Assembly (NCBI GenBank): GCA_964016885.1
Contig: OZ024752.1
Coordinates: 2,604,001-2,668,000 of the forward strand
Reading direction: 5' to 3'
DNA length: 64,000 nucleotides
Source: Eledone cirrhosa
Taxonomy: Eukaryota
The stretch's first letter is position 1. Every line of letters starts with the position of its first letter. The notes beneath the pieces were generated by a model. It was given only the letters and a program-made list of their open reading frames with translations. It was not told the origin of the DNA and did no database searches. This document shows positions 52,998 to 64,000 of the stretch, piece by piece. The translations under genes were made by a program, and so were the position numbers.

Positions 52998-53074
<77 letters not shown>

Positions 53075-53082
<8 letters not shown>

Positions 53083-53485
53083 ATACTTTGGGAGGGTCAT
53101 GTTGCCAATAAGAAACACACGCACCACTTGCATTCACTTCAATTTATTATAATAAATTTATAAATTTAGGAATTTATAAATTTCCGGTTGGTTGGTTGCT
53201 TCCACAACCAGATGTTTGTTTATATATTGTCAACGTTCTTTCGTCACACATTCTGTGACCTCTTCAATGACTGGGGATTCTTTTCTTTGTTTTTGTGCCT
53301 CTCCTTTGTTCTGTCCTACGCCATTTTGTTTCTGTGTGTGTGTTGTGTGCTCAGTCTGAGCATGCGCCACATCCGGGTGTCTGTGTGTGTTTCATTTATA
53401 AATTTATTATAATAAATTGAAGTGAAATGCAACTGGTGCGTGTGTTTCTTATTGGCAACATGACTCTCCCAAAGTATAACAATAT
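53075..53485. repeat. Module with about 90 bp inverted arms between (TA)n runs, enclosing a degenerate hammerhead
   Basis: 53075-53166 is the reverse complement of 53394-53485. Minus strand 53229-53271 reads gtca-tTGAAGA-g-gtcac-agaatgt-gtgac-GAAA-gaacgt-tgac. Confidence 0.85.
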
Positions 53486-53558
53486 CTGTTTCAACACACG
53501 TTTTCAGATAAAGAATCTTGCTAAACAAATTCAGAAACGAAATATATATATATATATT

Positions 53559-53649
<91 letters not shown>

Positions 53650-55141
53650 GTGTTGAGTATATGTTGGTTGTTTACTGTACCGACACCTCAGTATACAGAC
53701 TGGAGCACTCGATGAAGTACGCAGGTTGGTTTGATTACTCGGAGTAATGTAAAATAATAAGTCAAACATGTAAAATTTGGCTTCGCTTATAAATTCTCTG
53801 CTATATATATTTTGGTGACAGCTATTATTGACTGTGACCTTTTTAGACAGTCCAAATTAATGTGGAAAAGACAGGTAAACATGTTGAAATGTGTTCCACT
53901 CTGGCAATACATCGATATGCCCAGCGTCTGTGTGTGTTAGTCCTCCGAGGAACTGGAATCATATCATTTATTTTATATATATATATACTCTTTAACTGTT
54001 CATTCATCTGATGATAATCCGTGATAGCATTCTGTTAACCAATATTATATATTACTGATTATAATACTATGATCGGTATGCAATTCATTACTAAAGCATG
54101 AATATATCACTTATCATGGTTTTGATTGTTCTTAAATCGGGCGAAATATCACGTACACAATGAAAACAAAAAGGGAAAGGGAATATTTCCGAGTTTTCTA
54201 CAAAAACCCTGTGTTTCTTACTTTTTGATTGAAATCAAAATCACTTATAACCGAAACTTGTAATAACCTAAATGTTCTTGCACCGAGCGATATACCTGTA
54301 AATTTCTAAAAAAATCATTCGAAACTCTTTAGGTCATCTTCTATATTTATTTTTACGTTATTGAATTTAATTGGAAGTCTTCGTATTTGATTTCACCTCA
54401 AGGAATGCAAGGCTAAATGCAAAAGGAAGGCAAAGAATTGTGAGAAAGAAAGAATGAGAGCGAGAGAGAAATGAAAACAAATGGTAGAAGCGTAAAAGTA
54501 AGAGAGCCGGAGATAGAAAGATGATAGAAATATGAATAGGTTATACAATCAAGAGTTAAAATGTTTCCAAATAAGTCTAAATAGAAACAGAAGATGTATC
54601 TTTGCTGATGTCACCAGCCACTTAAAATATTGGTAGAACTCGTTTAACTCAGGTCAGTGAATGATTTAAATCTAAAAATAAGTATATACAACACAGTGTT
54701 GTCATGTTGTTTTGAAGCCCTGCAGCTATTCTGCACTGTAATGCTGTTTGTATTACAAACCACCATAACCACCAATAACGACGTAAATTTCACCACCACC
54801 ATTAGCACAACAAACAATGCTGATATGGAAGAGGATACCACAACCAATATAAATGACACATGTGATCTTTGAAATAAAACGAAAGTGTCAAGAAACGTGT
54901 GCTAGATATGTTTTGAATCGGCAAGTTGATGCCTTCCTTACTGTCTTTTTTTCTGTTTTAAAACAATATTGTAATAATAGTCAGTTATCGCAAACTGCCT
55001 ACCCATTCCTTCATAAATGTATATCTATTTATCTATCTATCAATATATCTATCGATGCCGCCTACCCTCTGACTCTCTCTATACATATATTATATATATA
55101 TATATTACACACATGCACACACGCACACGCACACGCACACG

Positions 55142-55182
<41 letters not shown>

Positions 55183-56335
55183 TGTCCCACACTCATTTCC
55201 TCAACGAAGATGACTAACACATTATCACCACGCTAAATTATAAGTCATTTCTCCAAATTGCGCCTTAGTATGGTGTAGCTTGCAATCTTGCTATTGCAAA
55301 TTAAACATCTGAACTACGCAGCTATTACGGTACAAAACTCAATTTTATGTTCTTTTAAATATATGATGTTGCACCTGCGTATTAAATTTCTGATTCAAAT
55401 TGAATTATTCAAAGGAAATTGCAAAGAAGTTCTCGTACACAAAGCTAGAAACTAAACAGAAACCTTTTAAATATTGTCGCTGAAGAATAAGAATCTAATA
55501 TGTTTCATGTCCTTTTGCATTTCTTAGTCATCATCTAGATTTGTATATTATTCCAACTTATTCACAGAAGATATTCTTTTGGCTTCGTACTCGAAACAAT
55601 CACAAGTAAATATATTGCTTGTTTAGCGAGATTGGCCATAACCCACAGGAACATTAACGCTTACACTCTTATAGCACTGAACGTATAATATTCTAAATGT
55701 TTTATCCAATATCTCCCTGTATATTCATTGTTACTTATTGAACATTCAGGAATATATCCACAACTGACAGTAATTATGATTTCCTGAATGTGATACGAAA
55801 ACTAAACCTCATTACTTAGAGGAATAACATATGTGCGCGGCGTACCTCTCATTATTGTAGAATGTCGTCATATCTTTTTTTTTCCATCATAATTCTCTCC
55901 AAAAGCATGTAGAGATTATGATGAATTTTTTACTTCTATCATAAATAACATTTTGGAAGTAATAAGTATATAACAACCAGTGTGGTAGATTATTTAATCA
56001 ATAGATCTAACATGTTCTGGGTATATAAAATGATATGTAATCGGAACATTTCACCTATTCGTGCAAATAATTATATATTTTGAATAGACATTTTATAAAC
56101 AACTTGCTCAGATTATTATCTTGTTGCTTCTAGCGGCTAAGTTGATACCAGTAATATACTAGCTACTATCAGTACGTGGTGTTCTATATATGTGAAAACG
56201 ATTGCAAATAGTATGTCAATAGAAAGGTGTTCCAGATGTTATGTCAATAGAAAGGTGTTTCAAAGGAACTTTTTTGGTTTTGTTCTCCATCCATTCGTAT
56301 ATTTTCATTAAATCTGCAGAGTTGTGGCAAGAATA

Positions 56336-56806
56336 ATGAATATAATTATTGTTTTATTTCTACTCATAATTGTAAATGCCAATATTGTATTAATAGTTCG
56401 TTCCTCTTGCAATTTATCCCAATTCATCTCAAATAGAGAATTCCTAGTATCAAAAGAATTTAAGCTGGGATCATATCACGTTTCAGTCAGTAAGAGTTTC
56501 TTTATCAAACCACAATTTGCAAGTGTAATTATACAGGAATTTGTGGAAGATTTTGCTATCATACCAAATGACCTTTTGCAGACTATTTCAATTTATTGTC
56601 GTCGCTGTTTAGGCACAATTTTGCACTGCAAAAGTAGAAGTGTGATGTTAGATATTCCGACCATGACCATCCAGTGGTATTGTGAGGCAGCGAATGAATC
56701 AGGAATGTTCAATCGACTTTTAATCTATTTCTTTCACTTAGTCGAATCAGTAGAGATTGTTATTCACTTCTCACTTATAAACTATTCTAGAATTAAATAT
56801 ACTTGA
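56336..56806 (+). CDS. Candidate orphan ORF or first coding exon with signal-peptide-like N-terminus (156 aa)
   Basis: Unusually long stop-free frame for non-repetitive AT-rich DNA. Starts MNIIIVLFLLIIVNANIVLIVRSSC, with acceptor-like tctgcag 16 nt before the ATG. No recognised homology. Confidence 0.35.
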   Translation: MNIIIVLFLLIIVNANIVLIVRSSCNLSQFISNREFLVSKEFKLGSYHVSVSKSFFIKPQFASVIIQEFVEDFAIIPNDLLQTISIYCRRCLGTILHCKSRSVMLDIPTMTIQWYCEAANESGMFNRLLIYFFHLVESVEIVIHFSLINYSRIKYT

Positions 56807-58743
56807 CATCAGTTAGCTCGTTGAACGCCACATTTTACACCTAAATACATTGGGCAAGGTACAGTCAAAAGTTTGGAGCTGGTACTTCGTTATGCCACAT
56901 GCTCTTTAATCAAGTAGTGTTAACAAAATATGTAGTCCATCACCTCCAATGAATCATAGTGATGGCTTGTTATCATTCTCACGAGGAAAGGTTTTTGGCT
57001 TTATAAATGGAACATACATCAGACATCCTAATGGTATTATATTTTCTCTCACGCTAATTATATTATAGCTGAATATTGTCATCTGTTTTGTTTAATTTTA
57101 CGTTTAAATTGGTGTCAGGAAATAACTATATAGTACTAGATAATACATTAATCAATCAGTTATGGAACCGTTGCTATATATGTTTGTATTAAATTTCCAG
57201 GCTGTTGTTATACCCTTAAATGAGGGTTTATTATGAACGGCATAATGAACAGAATTTGAAAATCTAGATACGAATTAATATCTTCTACTTGAAATGCGAA
57301 ACATTATATTCTTACATTTCAAAATTGTTTTCAAATGTTCATTGACCTGTTCGAAAGCATTCGGATTGAGATGTTGCATTGTATCTAGAATGTGAATGGT
57401 GTAAACCTAAAGAAATGTAAGCACAAGGGAATTAAAACAAATTAATGTGAGATAAACTTGTAAACGTTAACAAGTTTATTACCATAGGCAAAATAATATT
57501 CAAATGGAACACATTTCATTCCTTAAGGAAACTGGGGGGAATATAAAATCTTAGGGTTGAATAAAAGAACGCGAATATAAAATCTAGGGTTGAATAAAAG
57601 AACGCGATTGTATGAAGCCCCAGAAATATAATTTGAGTTGACCGAATAATCAAAAACTTTATTTCTATGAGAAACCATGATACATATTCTGGACAAGTGA
57701 TGCCATAATTGCTACAGAAGATTGGTAAAAAGAAATAAGAAGAGAATTATTCAGAACATAAATCATGATAAATGGAGAGATCAATCTGATACCCAATTAA
57801 TTTTCAAGTTCAAACATTTTTCAACTCATGGTATTATAAGTGATGCTGTAAGCTAGTAAGTAAACTTCATACAAATATCTACTGCCATATCTTTTCTCCC
57901 AGAATAGGTTTAAAAAAAGTGAAAGAATGGTAGTTTAGGAAAAAAAAACCCTCGTAATTAATGGCCTTTAGCTTTGAAATCACAATTTCATAGCATAAAT
58001 GATATGAAAACCAGGACGCATTGTGTTAAATATTATGTATAGTTAACTAATATAAATGTGGATATGTGCGAATGGAGGTCATGTTGTGATGCTGAATGCT
58101 ACTCTCGTGTGAGATCAAAAGGAAATTGATATCGAGAGGTTGATTATGTACTAGGTTAATACTCCAATCTCAAGAAACGAAAATGTGTATTCTGCTTGGT
58201 TTAGGTAATGGATGTATCTTGAAAGAAGACATCTTACTGATCAAATAATGTTTGAATATTATTGCAATTGTCACTAATACTTCTTGACTATTTTAATTTT
58301 AACTATTGTATATATTTGTAGCCGGTGATTGCCTCAAAGTTTCACTGATTCGCTTTGCAATCATATTGAAACAATTTCAATCACACTGCAGGGCATTTCG
58401 GCCAAATATAATTTCACATAACCTCGAAATGAACTATGTATTCTGAGTTAAATTGTTTTAGCTGAGACTCCATGCATACTACACCGATTGTATGGAACTA
58501 TAAATCAAAGAGCAAGTCTTAGTAACGATGTGTTTGGCTGTATTTCCCCGAGAATTACCTTAAAGTTATACGTGTTTTTAGAATGATCAGCTATCTGAAA
58601 TAAAATGTTAAGAGCAAATGGTTTCGCTGCTTAAATAATAAGAACATAAGAACACTCATCGTCAAAAAGGTCACAAGTGCATCGCGCAAATGAATGAATA
58701 TTACTATGAAAAATATACTGCGTCCGTGTCAGTTATCTGTGAG

Positions 58744-58794
<51 letters not shown>

Positions 58795-59103
58795 ACTCCG
58801 TGTGTGTGTGCGTGTGTGTGTGTGTGTGTGTGCGTGTGTGTATATATAAAGAGCAAGTGAGTGAATGAATGAGAGAGGATATTTTAAATACCATGGTATT
58901 TAAACGGTCAACTGTTTGTAATCGATTCCTAAAACCTGCTTGTACATTTTTTAGTAGAAACATTCTTGTGGTGGTTTACAATATTCAGTTTAGATGCTTC
59001 ATATATAGACCTCCTCATTTGAACTGAGATTAAGCACAATGAAATAGCAAAGACAATTTTCATAACGGAAATTTTGACTTAGGCTACATGATGTCCGTCA
59101 CAA

Positions 59104-59200
59104 TACAGCCTGTACCAAAAATGTATACACACTTCAACAGCATACTAATAAATATTGCCTATACAGGTAATCAAAGTGTGCATACATTTTTTCGGCCATC

Positions 59201-59207
<7 letters not shown>
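59104..59207. mobile_element. About 100 bp Tc1/mariner-type MITE
   Basis: Imperfect TIRs TAcagcctgtaccaaaaatgtatacacactt and aagtgtgcatacattttttcggccatcctcTA, flanked by TA. Confidence 0.6.
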
Positions 59208-59290
<83 letters not shown>

Positions 59291-60469
59291 CTGTGTGTAT
59301 CTAATGCAACTTTATCCTTCAGTTTACTGATTCTCTATCTTCCTTTGTATATCATGCACTCAATTCTAAATCACTTCTCTCTTCCCATTCATACATTTTC
59401 TGTATATATCTTGCCCCCTACTCGCACACACATATCTGCTCAATTGAATCAATCACTCGTTAACATAACTGAATTATTTCTCCTCGCTTGTATTTATTTT
59501 GCAGCACTATAGACTGATTCTTAAAGGTCTTCTCATACGCTACTAATTAGTCGCATCCATCATAAACTTTTATGGATTCTCTGAAAGAATTAACACTAAC
59601 CCTATTTCTAAAGCTTGCTTTTACTGTCTTGCAGACCTCGAAAGAATCATTGTTGTTTTAACCTATTCTTTTTCTAAGATGAAAACAAACTGCAGCAGTA
59701 CAAGTGAGACCATTCAATCTATGTCAATATACCAGCTTATTTTAATGTCGTTGGTCTTTAAAATACTGGTTTAATGTCTGAGAGGTTAAAGCGCTGCAAT
59801 ATTGAAATTCTTAGAATATATCTTCAAATATATTTAGATAAGTACACCAGTCTATGGAAACAATGGATTTGACTCAATAGAATGACATATTCTTTTTGTC
59901 CCTTCATATGTATAATTTCTGCGGGGAAGTATACATAATGATTGAATTCTGTATAGAGTCTGATTGAAATATATGTTGTCGATTCCAGAAATATGAATCG
60001 GAAATTTGCTGCTGAGAGAATTCTGAGACAGAATAATTATGACGTAAATATAACAAATCATTATCTTTTTATTCCTTTCATTTCTCTTTCCCTCTCTTTC
60101 TCTCAATATATTTCTCACACAGACACATACATATCTCTCTTTCTCTCACACATGTATTTCTCTCTTTTTCTCTTACTACTCTCATGATCTCTATTGTAGT
60201 TGTCACATTTACTCCCTTATGTTAATAGAGCATAGCTAATTTTAGTTGAATATATTAATTAATTGGCACAACGTCGAGACTTCAAAGTTCGGTTCAACCA
60301 CTATATTGCCTCAGTCATCTATTCATATTATCCAGCTAACTCTCTTGGTCAAACAGTATTCTGAATCCATTTTTTATGACCAAGGATGGCTAAAGTTTAT
60401 ATCTTATATTACAACTGTGGTGCAGCTATGACAATTGCTTTTAGATGCCCATTCATTTCGACAGTAGAA

Positions 60470-61580
60470 ATGGAATGTGAGTACATATAACAGAGAGGAG
60501 ACTGGTCAACCATTGTAGATTGAGACCATAATAATGACAGTTTCCGAAAAAAGAGGGTTCATACTGACTTCCAAACATATGTCGATATGCATTGCTGCGA
60601 TACAAGCCCTGAAAACGTGTATGAAATAAACCACCTGAAGGACAACCACCAAATACAGATGGTCCTAGCTACCGGAGGCTTTCGATTTATCTAAATTGGG
60701 TCCCCACCGATACCTCATGACTTAGCCGCCTTCTCTAAGGAGGATGTTGTTGTGAATGGATCATGTTTGCACCACATATACAAGCCGTCGCTGACCAGTG
60801 TCAGCCTTGAAGCTAAGAGCATACCCAAATACCTTTTACTTTTGTTATGTTGTTTTTGAAGCCTTGACATTCTTCCCTGATGTCAAATTCCGTATTCGAT
60901 TGTACTTAGTTGTGAAGTGGCATGTCTACCACGTGTGATGTTTCAAATGTTGTAGTTTTCACTGGTGCATTTGTTGATTTTGTCATCATTTTAACAGTTG
61001 AACCTGCCGCTGGTTTCCATACTGCTGTTACTACTGGTGTTGTTGTTGACGCTTGGCCTGGTCTTGTGGTGCTTACTGTGGCTGTTGGTTCTCTTATTCT
61101 GTGTGGTTTTGGAATTGTTAGAAAGGGAGAGTTTCGTGTTTTCTTCTTGATGTTTTGTGCGAGGGAAAACTTGAGGAGATATTTTGGGCCACACGTGGGC
61201 CACGGAATGAAACTGAAGCGATGCATATACATCACATTCTACAGAAAAGATGTATAAAAAGAATTTCTCGTGCATCATGATTCTGCCCTTCCATAGAGAG
61301 CCAAAATTGCCCCTGAAAGGATTGAGATCACCTAGATGCACAACAGATGCAGCGAAGGTGGAGACAAACACATCAACGCGAAGGAGTTCCAGAGAATTCT
61401 CACCGAGAACTACCACCCATCTAAAAATACAAGGAGGACCCATTCGCCTTGAGATAGTAAATGCTACCTAAATCTGCAACATTTCAATGTGGAAAAGACC
61501 ACTATCATCCAACAAAATCATCCAACAAGTCATCCATGTTGAGAGACTGAAGATACAACTGGCACATCGGGTACTTTTTT
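60470..61580 (+). pseudogene. Possible decayed BEL/Pao LTR-retrotransposon pol relic
   Basis: YVDM...QMVLATGGF(DLSK) resembles YVDD...LAKGGF.L.KW, and AKIAP/LKGLRSPRC..DAA resembles KSRVAPLK.LTIPRLEL.AA. Order is correct but frameshifts are needed. Confidence 0.4.
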
Positions 61581-62547
61581 AAGGAAACTACTCAATACAT
61601 TTCTACTGAAATAACACGATATATGCACACTTCCTAACTATCCTATCAACAACGCCGGAGAGCATACGTAGTATACAAGCTCATACGTAGATATCGTAGC
61701 TCCACATATATCATAACTAAAGGCCAAATAAGTGTCAAGGTGGACATCACAACGAAAACATTCTCTTTTTGAAATAAAAGAAAGAAAAATAAGAAAAAGA
61801 AAACAGACTAGCAAATACAGCAACGGAGACATTGGAGTCACCATGTAAGCGACGGAAAGGAGGAGAGAAAAAAAGAGTCATCATTTTAACACTATTGTCT
61901 TCCTGTGTTTTAACTATTTCATAGGATTTGTAACTGCTAACTTCTATGTTTCGCTCTATCTCTTTTTGCTGCCTCCTTTGGAACTGGCCGTTTTATTCAT
62001 ACGCCCCCTACCTATACCTTGCCTTCATTAATAAAAACTACCTATATAAATATTCAAAACTGAATCGATAATCAGTCATATATTATCAAATGTTATAGGA
62101 TTTCAATATGAATTCTAAATAAGACTATAATTTTCTCAATTAACGAAGTGTTTCATCATCGTGATTATTGACATATTGGTGTTGTAAATTTATATTTCAC
62201 TGTGAAAATCAAATATAATGAAGAGAAATCAATAATAGTAATTTGCGAGGGGCGAGGATACGGTTCGATTGAGGGAAATACATAGAAGTAAAGTATGGGA
62301 AATTTTATAATGTAGGCCGAGATATATCCGGAGTTGTCTATCCCATTTCCTGGAAAAGATATAAAATATCAGTCATCGAATGATACGACTTTTTTTTTAG
62401 TTGCAATTGTTATGTCTATATTTTTTAATGCACCACGAATCAAATATATTAAGACTCACAAAGCTTTGATTTTCCGACGGGTGATGTCATCAAATTATCT
62501 AATATTTAAACAATATTAATTTCCCATTTCCAATACTTCTATTATAA

Positions 62548-62666
62548 ATATATACATGCACCCTACGTATAAAAACACATACGCACACACACAAACACAC
62601 ACTGATTATATATATATATGTGTGTGTGTGCGTATGTGTGTTTATACGTAGGGTGCATGTATATAT
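62548..62666. repeat. Near-perfect hairpin (about 45 bp arms)
   Basis: atatatacatgcaccctacgtataaa.acacatacgcacacacac pairs with gtgtgtgtgcgtatgtgt.tttatacgtagggtgcatgtatatat. Confidence 0.9.
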
Positions 62667-62807
62667 ATAGATATGAGCAGTTCAGGAACGTTCGATTCTA
62701 GCTGTTGAAACGGCCGGAATGTTGAATGTTTAATATCACCCACTCTACTAACCCACGTACTGAGTACTTTGGTGAGTAATGGTATAACATGTTTTTACCG
62801 CCTCCAT

Positions 62808-62857
<50 letters not shown>

Positions 62858-62927
62858 TATAAAATATTGTTCTTTTCCTTTATGCCATAGCAATATCTCT
62901 CACTATCTTCTTTATTTCTTATACTAT

Positions 62928-62962
62928 TCTCTGATGAAGGACTAGTGTCCGAAATTTTAAGA
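62928..62962 (+). ncRNA. Minimal type I hammerhead ribozyme motif (intact core)
   Basis: tct-CTGATGA-a-gga-ctagtg-tcc-GAAA-ttt-T-A-aga, about 75 bp from a (TA)n run. Confidence 0.6.
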
Positions 62963-63342
62963 CACCTTTCCTAATATACCAAGCGCAAAACTAATATATT
63001 TCATCAGTGCATTGTGTCGATGATTTTGTTGCTTCGGTTTACATTCAGAGAATTCGATATTTGGGGTAGTAGGGTATGGTTAAATTATACAGATGTTTCA
63101 ACAGCTAGTTGCAGACTGAAACGTGCTGGGGAAATGTTAAGAGCTAAGCCGTCGTGTCACGACTCATTATAATATATATAGAGTTGGAGAGATAGCGAGA
63201 AAGAGGGAGAGAGAAAGAGAGATAGAGAGAGATAAAGAGAGATAGTGAGAGAGATAGAGAGAGATAAAGAGAGATAGTGAGAGAGAGGGGGAGAGCCAGG
63301 CACACACACACACGCAGACCAACACATGTATGCAATATTGCT

Positions 63343-63398
63343 CATTTTATTAAATGTTTCTAATTATAATTTCTTTGCAGGTAAGAGATGACACGGAC

Positions 63399-63464
<66 letters not shown>

Positions 63465-63727
63465 ATATATATATATATACATACCGTATATATGTGGGTG
63501 CGGTTTAATATACAAGTATATATTATATACACACACCTCCATACCCTCACAGGGTATATATATATATATATATATATATACTGTATATATAGGGATAGAG
63601 AGGGAGCTGTAAGTGAGCATGTTCCTGTGAGGGTATGGATGTGTGTGTATATAATATTTACTTGTAAATTAAACCCCACCCACATATATACGGTATATAT
63701 ATATATATATATAAATATATATATATA

Positions 63728-63766
<39 letters not shown>

Positions 63767-63864
63767 GAGAGAAACATAGAAAGAGAGACAGAGAGTATGT
63801 CCGTGTTATCTTTTACCTGCAAAGAAATTATAATTAGAACATGATAGAAACATTTAATAAAATG
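63343..63864. repeat. Inverted duplication (63343-63553 and 63624-63864) including microsatellites
   Basis: Unique segments match as reverse complements at about 90% identity, while the embedded simple repeats differ. Confidence 0.9.
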
Positions 63865-64000
63865 CATACACACAGACACAGACAGACATCTCTTTAACAT
63901 TCCCTATCTTCTAAACCATATTTTCCGAACAATGTATATATCTTTACTTTTAGAATTTACATCCTTTCCGTTATTACATCACTCCTACTGCATCTGAATG

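Noticed and set aside
54644-54872. Thr/Asn-rich ORF pair
   Set aside because: Derived from decayed ACC/AAC trinucleotide repeats.
56212-57606. Short tandem duplications (28 bp at about 56212 and 33 bp at about 57541)
   Set aside because: Two-copy slippage products with no further structure.

Overview
AT-rich, repeat-dominated eukaryotic DNA. The SINE families and the very long interrupted (TA)n arrays resemble an octopus or other coleoid cephalopod genome (inferred from repeat content, not from a database search). About a quarter of the window is (TA)n-type microsatellite (2.6 kb at 8.8-11.4 kb, 8 kb at 23.3-31.3 kb, about 4 kb at 46.9-50.8 kb), and all the long YI/IY-repeat ORFs are artefacts of it. 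Recognisable mobile elements are a CRE-clade non-LTR fragment, an R4/Dong-like endonuclease 3' end, three RTE/RTE-X LINE copies (one 5'-inverted, one 5'-truncated, one internally deleted), a Chapaev3-like transposase pseudogene, a Naiad/Neptune-type Penelope-like element (PLE), a possible BEL/Pao relic, several tRNA-derived SINEs and Tc1/mariner ends. No host gene can be firmly identified; there is one signal-peptide-like orphan ORF (56336-56806) and a speculative minus-strand micro-exon chain. The most striking unannotated structure is a set of eight type I hammerhead-ribozyme-like motifs, four with intact catalytic cores, with unrelated stems. One lies in the PLE 3' region and the others lie in short non-coding modules that abut (TA)n, several of which have inverted or permuted repeat arms. 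These look like several families of microsatellite-associated, ribozyme-bearing non-autonomous retroelements. Local fold-back inverted duplications next to (TA)n are also frequent.
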